Shown piece by piece: positions 37,393-47,837 of a DNA stretch of 64,000 nucleotides. The stretch covers positions 224,001-288,000 of the forward strand of contig CAVZZA010000001.1 in the NCBI GenBank assembly GCA_963779615.1. The letters run 5' to 3'. The stretch is from an uncultured Nitrososphaeraceae archaeon. GTDB lineage: Archaea; Thermoproteota; Nitrososphaeria; Nitrososphaerales; Nitrososphaeraceae. Position 1 is the first letter of the stretch. Every line of letters starts with the position of its first letter. Position numbers and translations under genes: made by a program. The notes beneath the pieces are model-generated. The model ran no database searches, had not been told where the DNA came from, and saw nothing but the letters and a program-made list of their open reading frames with translations.

Positions 37393-40152
37393 TCATCCGG
37401 AAGCACAGCTACTAAATCCACATTCAATACACATGTTGCATCCCTCCGTAATTATGAGGAAATTTTTACATGTAGGACATATTTCCTTATTGCTTTCTGT
37501 TATAGAATGATCATATGGGTCAGAGGAAGTATTTCTGGAAAGTGGATCAAGCTCAAAACCAGATGCTTCTAAATCATTATTGAAGTTAGTGTTATCAATA
37601 TCAGTCACCGTATTATTACTGTCTAGATAGTTTTTAAAAATTGGAGTAACCTGGTCAATGACATATGGCTCTTTTATATTATTAAAGACATAATCGCATA
37701 AATATTTGCTAGGTTTGACTTGGAATTTTTTCTCACGCTCACTGCCAGTAATGTGTAAAACTTGCTCATTTCTTGAACCATCTCGATAAATAGTAACTCC
37801 TTTTAAGCCAAATTCATGAGCAAGCAGATAAGCGCATTTTACATCTTCAACCGTAACGTCTCCAGGCATATTTATTGTTTTTGCAATCGCATTACTAATC
37901 CATTTTTGCCATACTGCCTGAGCCATCAAATGTTCGGTCCAGTGAACATCAATAGCAGTAACAAAAATATTTTGAATCCACTCTGGAATTTCATCAATAC
38001 CTTGTGCAGAACCATAATTATTTGCAATTTTTAATAGGATTTCGTCATTGTATAGCCCATGTTCTTTTAGAACATTTTCAAAGATTTTACTGGTATAAAA
38101 GAATCTGCCTACTGTAACACGTTTTTCAAACACTAAAGCAAAAACTGGCTCTACACCATTTGATACATCTGCAATCATAGACAAGGTACCTGTAGGTGCA
38201 ATAGTAGTGGTCCAAGAGTTTCGAATACCATGACTTTTGATTTTCTCTATCAAAGAATCCCACTCAAAACAATGCAAATCTTTAGGGATTTCATAATATC
38301 CAGACAAAGGAATAACTCCATTTTTATAATCCGTCTCAGCAAATAATGGGAAAGAACCTCTAGATTTGGAAATTACTACGCTTTCGTCCATACTAAAGTA
38401 TGACAAAGTTTCTGCAAGTTTACTCATAAAATCATATCCTTCTTTGGAGTTATACGGAATTTGCAATAGGAAAAGCAGATCAGCAATACCCATTATGCCC
38501 AGTCCTATGCGTCTCGTTAATTTTGTATTAACATCAATTTCCTCAACTGGATACTTATTGACATCTATGATATTATCCAAAAATCTAGTGGCAACCCGTA
38601 TCGATTGTTCATACTTTTGCCAGTCAAACTCATACATTCCATCCGCCTTCCTTTTTACAAATTTTGAAAGATTGATAGATCCCAGGTTACATGATTCATA
38701 AGGATATAATGATTGTTCTCCACACGGATTTGTTGCTCGAAGAGGGCCACCTTTTGGCTTCATAACTGGATTGTATTTATTTATATTGTCAAAGAATATA
38801 ACACCAGGTTCGGCACTTTTCCATGCACTCAATGCAATCAGCTCCATCAATTGATGAGAATCAATGCTTTTTACATGTGCATTAGTTCGAGGGTTTCTTA
38901 AAGAATATTTATGATCACCTTTACTTACCAATGATTTCCAAAAATCAGCCCAAACTCCCACACTAACGTTAAAGTTTTCATATAAGCCGGGTTTTGTTTT
39001 CATTACAATAAATTTTTCAATGTCTGGATGCCAAGTTTCCAGGATACCCATGTTTGCGCCACGTCTTTTTCCACCTTGTTTAACTACGTCAGTCACTGAA
39101 TCAATAATTTGCATAAAGGATGCGGGTCCTGACGCAACACCACTAGTCGAAGCAACAATATCACCTTCAGGCCTTAGGTCAGAATAGTTGATTCCAACAC
39201 CACCACCTGATTTAAAAATCATTGCAGCATCGGTAGAAGATTTCATTATAGAGTACATGTCGTCAGGCATGTCAAGGACGAAACAGGCAGATAACTGCCC
39301 TAGCCTAGCACCAGAATTCATGAGGGTGGGAGTGTTTGGAAGGAATTCTCCTGAAACCATCAAATTATAATATTCAAATATCCTATTACCATAATTTGCC
39401 ATTTTCCCGCCAGCTATCATCCTCAGTAATTCTTTAAAGCTCGTTTTCATTTTACCAGTTTTTGCTTCTTCAATATAAGTTCTAATTAAAGATTCAAAAT
39501 GAAATTTATTAAGATAATAATTTCCAATTTTTAGTTTATTGTCAAAGTCGTTCAATTTTTCGTAATACTTTTCTGCATCTGTTAAAGTCTGTTTGTGATT
39601 ACCGTTTAAATCAAAAACAGCAGAATCATGAATTATATCAGGAATAGCAACCAAGATCGCGACACGTTCAAAAAGCTGTTTTGGACCTTCGTTAATTTCA
39701 TTATTGTTATTTCTAAGAAGATAGCGAGAAGACAAGACTCTGAGAGAATTGATGTCTAACGATTTGTCCACTTCATCAAGATCCTTTTTATTCAATATCT
39801 TCATCTTCATTTCCCTTATCTTTCGCCTCTCATGTCTGTATAATATGTAAGCTTTGGCAGTCTCGGCCAAACTCTCTTCTATTAGAATAGACTCGACCAT
39901 GTCCTGAACATCTTCAACGCTTAAAACGTGATCTTTGTTAGCAGATCCTAAATACCCGCTCTTATCAATCTTGTTAATTAATTTTGTTGCAAGCGATTCC
40001 GCTAACTTTCGGTCGGATTTGCCAGCCGCTACAAGTGCTTTATAGATTGCATTGGATATCTTTGATTGTTCGAAATTGACTATTGTTCCATTTCTTTTTT
40101 TAATATGTAATATAGATTTATTTTTTGAATTATGAAGATTAATTTCTGCCAT
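37393..40152 (-). CDS. nrdJ: Class II (adenosylcobalamin-dependent) ribonucleotide reductase with N-terminal ATP-cone
   Basis: IKKRNG ATP-cone, PNTPTLMN, LSACF, TNPCGEQ (thiyl Cys), SCNLGS, APTGT, KTIN, YRDGSR and C-terminal Zn ribbon. Confidence 0.96.
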   Translation of the reverse strand: MAEINLHNSKNKSILHIKKRNGTIVNFEQSKISNAIYKALVAAGKSDRKLAESLATKLINKIDKSGYLGSANKDHVLSVEDVQDMVESILIEESLAETAKAYILYRHERRKIREMKMKILNKKDLDEVDKSLDINSLRVLSSRYLLRNNNNEINEGPKQLFERVAILVAIPDIIHDSAVFDLNGNHKQTLTDAEKYYEKLNDFDNKLKIGNYYLNKFHFESLIRTYIEEAKTGKMKTSFKELLRMIAGGKMANYGNRIFEYYNLMVSGEFLPNTPTLMNSGARLGQLSACFVLDMPDDMYSIMKSSTDAAMIFKSGGGVGINYSDLRPEGDIVASTSGVASGPASFMQIIDSVTDVVKQGGKRRGANMGILETWHPDIEKFIVMKTKPGLYENFNVSVGVWADFWKSLVSKGDHKYSLRNPRTNAHVKSIDSHQLMELIALSAWKSAEPGVIFFDNINKYNPVMKPKGGPLRATNPCGEQSLYPYESCNLGSINLSKFVKRKADGMYEFDWQKYEQSIRVATRFLDNIIDVNKYPVEEIDVNTKLTRRIGLGIMGIADLLFLLQIPYNSKEGYDFMSKLAETLSYFSMDESVVISKSRGSFPLFAETDYKNGVIPLSGYYEIPKDLHCFEWDSLIEKIKSHGIRNSWTTTIAPTGTLSMIADVSNGVEPVFALVFEKRVTVGRFFYTSKIFENVLKEHGLYNDEILLKIANNYGSAQGIDEIPEWIQNIFVTAIDVHWTEHLMAQAVWQKWISNAIAKTINMPGDVTVEDVKCAYLLAHEFGLKGVTIYRDGSRNEQVLHITGSEREKKFQVKPSKYLCDYVFNNIKEPYVIDQVTPIFKNYLDSNNTVTDIDNTNFNNDLEASGFELDPLSRNTSSDPYDHSITESNKEICPTCKNFLIITEGCNMCIECGFSSCASG

Positions 40153-40327
40153 TCGGGTGACTATTTTAATGTATATGTATCATTATTTATTAAGATTAAT
40201 TGACTATGTTATTCGACAAAGTTAATAGAACTATTAGTATATACATTGATATAATATACGAGTATGTTCATTTTAATCAAATAAATTAATATGTACATAT
40301 ATTACTGACAATAATTCCATTACATAA

Positions 40328-42394
40328 TTAAGTCAAAGTTAACAGATTGTTAGATTTACATATGTAGCATACATTATTATTTGAAACCCGAGAGCCACAA
40401 ACATTACAAATAACCTGTTTATCGACTATTTCAAAACATGGAATTAATCCAGTAGATTTACCTAAAAATTCAACTGTGTTAGTCAAAGATATTGCGGTAG
40501 TGTCTATTTTGACGGAAAAACCACCCGTCAACAAATCATCCAACAATAGTAATTTTCGGGCCATAGAGTTTGCATCATCAAGATCCTTTTGGGTGATTAC
40601 CAGGCCTTGAGAATAGGAACCGAAAGTATGGAACAATTTGCCAAATCTTTCAGAATCCAGCTGGACAAACCGGCTGGAGCTATTATCATTGATTATCGAA
40701 ATTCCAAAACGATCATAACTTTTTTTATTAAAATTGGAAACAACATCATTAGCAGTTTTAATAACGTTCTTTATGATTTCAATGCCTTTCTCAGGGTCAT
40801 TAGAATAGCCCAGTATATCAAAAATCGATTCTTTTATGCCGGTTAAATTTATAATCATATCAGTAGAGCCTGATTGGGGAAACATAAGTGGATTGGATAA
40901 TGCAGGCAACAACCCTTTTCTAACATTATCAAAGATCATATCTTTTTTTGACACCAAGGCACCTAAGGAGGGTTTTAACAGTAAAGCCAATTTTGTTCTA
41001 AAATAAGTTTCATCCTTATTTGATTGATAAGCTAAATGCGGAAGGTTTAGAGAGATGGAGTGTAAAGAAACTACAGGTAATTTAGTGCCATCGTTTATTT
41101 TAAAAACTCCTTTACTACTTCGTATTGATTTTTGTGATAATGATATCTTTCCACCATATTTTGCAATTTTTGCTATCATATTAAGGAGATTGTTAGAAGG
41201 CGGATTTGAAAATACAATAAACAGTCCAAATTTTGGTATTGGAACTTTTTCCAGGTACGCCATATATCCATTTAATATTCCAGTTAAAACATTGTCTTTA
41301 TCCTTCAAAGAAATAGCAATTGTAACAAAAGGAGAACTAAGAGAATGGATAGAAAAAGAAGAATGCAGTAAGGAGTTTGCAAAAATTGAAGAAACGTCAT
41401 CAACATTTGATGATTCATCATCAAATAATATTTCAATATTTTCGATAACTATTTCTTTTGAAACTTCATTTTGAAAAAGAGAAACTAAAAGCGGTAAAAC
41501 AATACCAACATCATTTAAATGCGAAAAGTGGGGCAAATAAGGGAATTGCCCATTTAAATCCAGTCCTTTTTCCAGAAAATTTTCAGTATCAATAAAAATG
41601 GTATCGGGACAGATACCCCAATAGCCTAAATCATCTAGATGTATTTCACCATTAAAGTGCATATCCAATACATCTTTAGGAAAGTTATTTTTCAAATAAT
41701 CAGAAAAAACACTTTTGGAAATATCAATAATTACATTATTGATACCATTATTCAACAATCCAGTATTATTGTTTAGTTTTTTGTTTAAATCGTAAATAGG
41801 AATACCAAGTCTGATTAATTTGTTCATTTGTTCCTCTAAACCATGTTCTAATAGCACATTGTTAACATAGTCTCTAATAAGACTAGACGTCAAATAAGAA
41901 GATGGGGATTTATAGATTTTATTTTCCACTTCCTCTGTAACTTTTGTAGATTGCTCTAATGACATATTTGCCTCCCTTACCAAACACTGTATTATTTTAT
42001 GGGGGTTAAATTCTTCAATTGTTTGATTACTTGTCCTCACATACATCTTTCCACTTTCAATAATGGATTTTTCTTCTATTTGTCGAGCAAGATTTAAAAC
42101 CAATTTCCCCAAATTAGTAATAGCATACCGCCTTTCGGCCTTATTTAGGCCGACTAGAGATTGTCTTAACAGCTTTCGTAAATGATAAGCAAACTTTCCA
42201 GACTCTTTTTTGGATCTGAAGCCTGCTAAAGATTTTAATTCGGAATAAGTCAACGGTCCTTTAGAATTTAGGATACGCAAAATGTCAATTCTATTAGGGC
42301 TGGCCATCACAGAAAAAATCATTCTTACTCGTTTGGACGTTGATTCCAAAGCACCTCTTTTATTTTCCGATGCGGGCAAATACGTAATCCTCAA
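40328..42394 (-). CDS. wHTH (ArsR-like) + ATP-cone + catalytically degenerate class III RNR (NrdD-like) fusion; putative regulator
   Basis: HTH (NRIDILRIL...LTYSEL...FAYHLRKL...YAITNLG) and ATP-cone (VRTS...EEFNPHKI...IRDYVN). NrdD landmarks H-x-x-GEIHLDDL, SLNLPHLA and INLTGI-x-E; terminal CNVC...CYIC with no R-x-x-GY. Confidence 0.85.
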   Translation of the reverse strand: MRITYLPASENKRGALESTSKRVRMIFSVMASPNRIDILRILNSKGPLTYSELKSLAGFRSKKESGKFAYHLRKLLRQSLVGLNKAERRYAITNLGKLVLNLARQIEEKSIIESGKMYVRTSNQTIEEFNPHKIIQCLVREANMSLEQSTKVTEEVENKIYKSPSSYLTSSLIRDYVNNVLLEHGLEEQMNKLIRLGIPIYDLNKKLNNNTGLLNNGINNVIIDISKSVFSDYLKNNFPKDVLDMHFNGEIHLDDLGYWGICPDTIFIDTENFLEKGLDLNGQFPYLPHFSHLNDVGIVLPLLVSLFQNEVSKEIVIENIEILFDDESSNVDDVSSIFANSLLHSSFSIHSLSSPFVTIAISLKDKDNVLTGILNGYMAYLEKVPIPKFGLFIVFSNPPSNNLLNMIAKIAKYGGKISLSQKSIRSSKGVFKINDGTKLPVVSLHSISLNLPHLAYQSNKDETYFRTKLALLLKPSLGALVSKKDMIFDNVRKGLLPALSNPLMFPQSGSTDMIINLTGIKESIFDILGYSNDPEKGIEIIKNVIKTANDVVSNFNKKSYDRFGISIINDNSSSRFVQLDSERFGKLFHTFGSYSQGLVITQKDLDDANSMARKLLLLDDLLTGGFSVKIDTTAISLTNTVEFLGKSTGLIPCFEIVDKQVICNVCGSRVSNNNVCYICKSNNLLTLT

Positions 42395-42476
42395 CTATTA
42401 AAAGCAGTCCAGTTATTGAGGTATATAAATAAAACTAATAAGAAAAATATATGCAAAGATAGTAGAAAAATGTAGG

Positions 42477-43091
42477 TTAGTTTTCTAACAATACTTGACC
42501 ATTATTTAGTATATCATCTTTTAAATTAACATTGGATCTTTTAGAAATGATAGCTTGTGGGATCTCAGGTAGTTTTTCTTTTGCCTCATCCTCCAAATTA
42601 TTTTGCACATCATTCAGTATCAGTAATGCATCCTTATCAACTACAGAACCAATTTTTTCCCCATTCATGTTTATGTCAGAATTGATTAATACATCACTAG
42701 ACATAGAGTGAACTTGAGATAAGACATCAGTAGCGGATGGGACAACTTTTGAAAGATCTTTCTGGATATCCGTTAACATTTCTACGGTAGGATTAATTGT
42801 ATCCATCATCATTGAAAATTCAGTCATGGTTGAAAATCGTATTGCAACAACCTCCAAAGCTAAACTTGCATTTTGTGTGTTTTTTCTTAATCGCCTTATG
42901 GCAGACAACTCATTTGCCATGACATTTGCTAATGCATTATTTCCTAGTTTTATATTCTGAGCAATTTTTGAATTAAAACTGGCATCCATATTAGAGAATT
43001 TATTGTCTATGGACTTTAAATTAGAAATTTGCGCGTTTATTACTGAAACAGCATTATTAACGTCATAATAAAATTGACCGCTTTTTTCCAT
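42477..43091 (-). CDS. ESCRT-III / CdvB paralogue (Snf7 family)
   Basis: Helical hairpin with A-x-VMANEL-x-x-IR, ALE-x-x-x-IR-x-x-T, and DA-x-x-IL...KLPEIP tail. Confidence 0.8.
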   Translation of the reverse strand: MEKSGQFYYDVNNAVSVINAQISNLKSIDNKFSNMDASFNSKIAQNIKLGNNALANVMANELSAIRRLRKNTQNASLALEVVAIRFSTMTEFSMMMDTINPTVEMLTDIQKDLSKVVPSATDVLSQVHSMSSDVLINSDINMNGEKIGSVVDKDALLILNDVQNNLEDEAKEKLPEIPQAIISKRSNVNLKDDILNNGQVLLEN

Positions 43092-43188
43092 GTATGGTTG
43101 TATTATACAGACATTTGTTAAAAACGAATGTCAAACTCTATAAACAAAAAAGAAAAGTATTTTTAACTACTATCAGGCAGGCTAGATT

Positions 43189-43581
43189 TCAGGATTTTTC
43201 CAGTATCAAGCCATGCTTATCATGGAAATCAATTACTTTGACCTGAGTACCAAGAGGCAGATCAGATGGCGACGAAATTCCAGCTAGAAAACCTGAAACA
43301 TTAAGTTCACACTCATCTAGTTTAAAAACAACCCATGCATAGGAGCTAACATCTTCAAACCCTTCAGGAACTATAGATTGTATTGTATAGGTAATCACTT
43401 TGCCTGTGCCATTATAGGGTACTTGTTTAAATGAATTGGAAAAACATTTGTCACAATAATATACGGTCTCTAACAGAAGATTATTGCATTTTATACACTG
43501 ATTAACCAATATCTTACCAGTTTTGGCAGATTCTATAAAGCGTTCCCTTGAGCCTTGTTTTTTTGATTTAACATTAGTCAA
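43189..43581 (-). CDS. DUF35 Zn-ribbon/OB-fold thiolase partner
   Basis: CIKC...CDKC, G-x-VITYT and P-x-GF; directly downstream of the thiolase. Confidence 0.9.
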   Translation of the reverse strand: MTNVKSKKQGSRERFIESAKTGKILVNQCIKCNNLLLETVYYCDKCFSNSFKQVPYNGTGKVITYTIQSIVPEGFEDVSSYAWVVFKLDECELNVSGFLAGISSPSDLPLGTQVKVIDFHDKHGLILEKS

Positions 43582-43622
43582 TATGCCACATACCTCTCAT
43601 TCTTCTTCCTTCTTCCTTATCC

Positions 43623-44783
43623 CTATTTCATCTTTTTAAAAATATGAACAGCCGCGCTTGCACCTGTCGCTCCAAAATTATGAGTCATCGCTATTTCGGC
43701 GTCTTTGACAGTCCTCTCTTTTGCTTTGTTGGTAAATTGTTCAAATACTTCTACAACTTGTCCCACACCTGTTGCACCGATTGGATGTCCTTTAGATTTT
43801 AGACCTCCCGATGGATTCACCGGAATGTCACCTTTTAAAGTAGTACGGCCCTCTCTAACGGCCTGAGCCCCAGAACCTTTTGGAAAGAATCCCAAATCTT
43901 CGATGTCGATAAGCTCGGCAATAGTAAAACAATCATGAACTTCGACAAAATCGATATCTTTAGGAGAAAGGTTAGCCATTTTATAGGCCTGATTGGCAGC
44001 ATCGACCGTGCTTGGAATAGTTGTAATATCTTTTCTTGATTGAACAGCTGCAGGTGATGCGCCTCTTCCAGATCCAATGACCTCAATATAGGGTTTCCCG
44101 CTTTTTTTTGCAAATGCCTCATCACATAAGATAACAGCAGATGCACCGTCAGAAAAAGGACAACAATCATAAAGCTTTAATGGAGATGCAACAACTGGAG
44201 AATTCAATACATCATCTATGGTTATTTTTTTCTGGATATGTGCTTTAGGATTGAAAAATCCATTTTCATGGTTTTTTACGGCTATCCTTGCTAAATCTTC
44301 TTCAGTGGCTTTATAGGTAGCAAGATATGCTCTAGCCATGGATCCAAAAAGACCAGGAAATGAGGCGCCATTCCCACCTTCATAAAAATAATCAGAACAA
44401 TATGAAAATAATGTGGTACTTTCAACAGTTCCGGTATGTGTAATTTTTTCAACTCCAAGAGCGAGAACACAATCATAAAATCCAGCAGCAATATTTGCAT
44501 AGGCTTCTCTAAACATAACCGAACCAGATCCACACGCTGATTCAATAGTCAATCCAGGTACGTCAGGTATCCCCAGATTACTCATGATTACTGGAGCCAT
44601 GTGCACTTGTTGGTCTGCAACACCAAAAACATTTGATATATACCCAGCCTTTATATCCCGTGGAGTGATTCCAGCTGAATCAATAGCGTCTTTTGAAGCG
44701 TTAAGAGCTATTTCAATGATACTTTCATTTAATTTACCATATTTTGTACTACCCACACCAGGTACAAAGACCTTTTCACGCAT
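43623..44783 (-). CDS. Archaeal acetyl-CoA C-acetyltransferase (thiolase)
   Basis: ESACGSG, GVEK, KNH-x-N, SDGASA, EVHDCF and KGHPIGATG; start placed at MREKV. Confidence 0.94.
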   Translation of the reverse strand: MREKVFVPGVGSTKYGKLNESIIEIALNASKDAIDSAGITPRDIKAGYISNVFGVADQQVHMAPVIMSNLGIPDVPGLTIESACGSGSVMFREAYANIAAGFYDCVLALGVEKITHTGTVESTTLFSYCSDYFYEGGNGASFPGLFGSMARAYLATYKATEEDLARIAVKNHENGFFNPKAHIQKKITIDDVLNSPVVASPLKLYDCCPFSDGASAVILCDEAFAKKSGKPYIEVIGSGRGASPAAVQSRKDITTIPSTVDAANQAYKMANLSPKDIDFVEVHDCFTIAELIDIEDLGFFPKGSGAQAVREGRTTLKGDIPVNPSGGLKSKGHPIGATGVGQVVEVFEQFTNKAKERTVKDAEIAMTHNFGATGASAAVHIFKKMK

Positions 44784-45458
44784 ATTTAAGAGATGACCAT
44801 AACATAATAAAAACGTAAAGTGTAAATATGGAGTATACTCGACGGATTTGGACATAAGTCCTTCAAGTCCATATAAACTAAATAGTCCTTTTTTATTTCA
44901 ATAGACTCAAATCAAGACCTTTTTTCACAAACGTCTCATTACGAATTCTAATAATAGTGTAGGTAATGCATGCCAAGAATCAATGATATCAAACACTATT
45001 CTAAAATCAAATTAATGCATCCGGTTTCAGGCCTTTTCTTATCTGCTCACTGGATGCAGTAGAGGATCTCGTGAGGACATTCAGATATAAAAGGCAGCAA
45101 AATTATAAGAAAGCCTGAGTCGCTAAATGGACTAGCAAAAGCCAATACAATATTACGATGGCTACAAATCCAGTTATGTCCATGGTTTAACATAATTCTT
45201 TATTTTATAATTCAGCAGCATATCTATTTTTTTCATTATAATGCACCTGCCTTAGTAAAAACATAGCATTTCATTCATCATACCCATTTAAATCAGCAGC
45301 ATCTGTTATAGGCTGCATTCACTCAAACTACAACTTTAGATAAATATAACTCCAAAAACAATGGCCCAAGCCTATTGAAGTACATATTCTGAATATTCAT
45401 ATAATGAAACAGGTGCAAGTGGGCATATCGAAATTGTAATTGACTAGATTTCATTTTT

Positions 45459-45752
45459 TTATTGCGATTCTAATGTTAACTCTATATTTGGTGTTTGTGC
45501 CCTTATTTTTATATCGACGTTTGGAATATCACTGTATACAACATCGTCATCAGGAACAATAATTTCCTTAACAGTTACGACAACAGAGGACAGATTTATA
45601 ACATACTTCCTATTGCAATTGATAAAGTATACAGAAGAATACTCCAAATCCCCTGTTTTTTCAAAGGTTATCTCATGACCATGAACATCAAAATTATTTC
45701 CATTTAAAATTTCACATAACTTTAAATTTAATCCATCAATTAATGTTGTCAT
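45459..45752 (-). CDS. Hypothetical protein in a decayed region
   Basis: 97 aa ORF with ATG start and no recognisable motif. Confidence 0.4.
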   Translation of the reverse strand: MTTLIDGLNLKLCEILNGNNFDVHGHEITFEKTGDLEYSSVYFINCNRKYVINLSSVVVTVKEIIVPDDDVVYSDIPNVDIKIRAQTPNIELTLESQ

Positions 45753-46912
45753 TTTTATTTGTGATCTCTAATAGGATCATTTGCAATCACCATTATTAAC
45801 CGATATCACTATAGTATCAATAGATGACAGTGATGTAGGTTTTATCATTTCAATATCCTTAATAACTTCTGGTTTAACATACACATCGAACACAGGCGTT
45901 CTTCTGCGGTAGGCAACTTCATTCGTAAATAAAGGATATCAAGCTTATGGCGAACATCACAATGATGATTTCCCAAAGTTAAAAGGTTTAACATTTACCT
46001 TAATGAAGGATGTTCAATGCAACATCCTGACTATAATCCACAGCCCTTTACATAGATGAAACAGAACAACGTCCAAATTCTTATTGATAAGGATTGAAAG
46101 CTGACAAATTTAATCATGCAGAAATCAATAGGTTTAATGATATTTTACGGTATTTGAAATAATAAAGTATACAAAAACACTATTTCCCATTTAATAAGAA
46201 ATAATTACAAGTTATGGGCGTATTATTTGTTTATTCACCTAGTCCTTTATTTCACAATGGAGTCAATTATTCATTAATTCTTTTCCTTTTTTTGTCTTTA
46301 AGTTTTATTTTTAATAATTTTTATTACAAGTGATCATTACCAAATGCATATTCTTTTGTAGACTTATGTAATTTTAGATAATTCTTTAATCCACTTACCC
46401 CTTCCATTGATATCACACATACCTTTTGCTGGCTCCCCATCCCAAAGTTTTCCAGGCAAAATTTTTGTTCTAGGTTTCCCACCATCATCTATTGCCATGG
46501 TTGACCACACTCCATCCACAATTTGGTACAGTGAATTGATCCAATACCAACTAAAACATTGCGACTAAACCTACATTCAGTAAGCATAACCAACTGACCA
46601 GGGGTCATCTAATTACCAGTAGGCGCATGATATTATTTGTAGTAACATGAGTAACACCATAACCCCGTATAGCAGCATTAAATCCAATTTTGATTCCAAA
46701 TCCAAATCTATAAAGTCATTCTAGCACTTATACGCAGGGATAAAGCATTGGGAAGTCCTTTCATTATGATGCCTGACAAATAGTTTACAATAGTTCAAGA
46801 AATTTTTTAGCCTTTAGACAAATTACTAAATTCCATAACATGCAAAGGTGAATGGATTTGAAATTCCATGCAAAGAAAAAAACTATAAGTTAAAATTCAT
46901 CTAGCAATATTG

Positions 46913-47095
46913 GGTGCTGTTCACTTAAGATTTTGTTTTGCTTATTTCTCAATATCGATTGAACTGGAGTATTGAAAACAGTTAATTTGGTCAAATTAAT
47001 ATTTCTCGAATCAGTACAAATTTACCATATATTTGCTTGAAAAAACTGATTCAGACATCCGACAAAAGAAACATCTTTTCTTTAAATGAACAACC
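46913..47095. mobile_element. IS6-derived MITE-like element (183 bp)
   Basis: The left end GGTGCTGTTCACTTAA resembles the IS6 TIR. The right end TTTTCTTTAAATGAACAACC resembles the IS6 end TTTTCTTTAAGTGAACAGAGTC (28811-28832). No ORF, no TSD. Confidence 0.55.
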
Positions 47096-47142
47096 ATAAA
47101 ATCTTCAAGTTAGATTAATTACTGAATCATTAGTAAAACAGA

Positions 47143-47721
47143 TCAGAGTATTAGAATGGCAGCACTTATCACAGTTGTCCATAATCCATCTTTGTGACCT
47201 TCTGCTGATTGAGTAATATTTTGAGTTTTGTAAATCTTTCCTGATAGCATCCATTGTTCTTCTCTTTGATCCCATGTAAGTATTGGGTCATTAGGTAATC
47301 CTAGTGTTGTAGCAAGCATTTCCATAGCCATATCTTCAGCGTAGTCTCCAGCTTTTTGTGCTGTTTCTCCGGTAGAATGGTGTTCTGACAGATAGCCATG
47401 TAATGTATCATCAACGGGTCTTGCTAGACCAATAGATGTAGCAATTAGTCGGTTTGGCTCATTAGTAGCAGAACGAGCCATAACTGCAAAAACGATCTGT
47501 CCTGGCATTAAGTATTTTCTGCCTTCTTGTCTTGATACTGTTTTGCATAGTGGAGGTTTGATGCTAGATACAGATACTAGATTTAGATCAGCTATTTCTG
47601 CATCACGTAAAGCTAATTCAAAGCTTGTAAGTGAATCTTTGTGTACACCTTTACCTTTTGTTAAAAACATTATTTTTGGGACATATAACGAAGGATCTGA
47701 GGCTGCTGTTGGTGATTTCAT
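47143..47721 (-). CDS. pdaD: Pyruvoyl-dependent arginine decarboxylase
   Basis: SFELALRDA-x-I-x-x-x-NLVSVSSI (Ser-Ser cleavage site), GYLSEHH and WTTV. Confidence 0.92.
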   Translation of the reverse strand: MKSPTAASDPSLYVPKIMFLTKGKGVHKDSLTSFELALRDAEIADLNLVSVSSIKPPLCKTVSRQEGRKYLMPGQIVFAVMARSATNEPNRLIATSIGLARPVDDTLHGYLSEHHSTGETAQKAGDYAEDMAMEMLATTLGLPNDPILTWDQREEQWMLSGKIYKTQNITQSAEGHKDGLWTTVISAAILIL

Positions 47722-47837
47722 AGATACTGGTATCTTCTTTTCTATTATTTAAAATGATAGAGGCCTTTTTGGAGCTTGTAAAGTTAAGATATTTTTTTCT
47801 TGTTGTAGCGGTATATAAATAGTTTAACCATCGTTAC

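Noticed and set aside
37393-40152. Intein in NrdJ
   Set aside because: TNPCGEQ and other cores are uninterrupted; no Cys...HN splice motifs or LAGLIDADG blocks.
40328-42394. Functional anaerobic ribonucleotide reductase nrdD
   Set aside because: No glycyl-radical loop, no finger-loop Cys, and no activase in the window.
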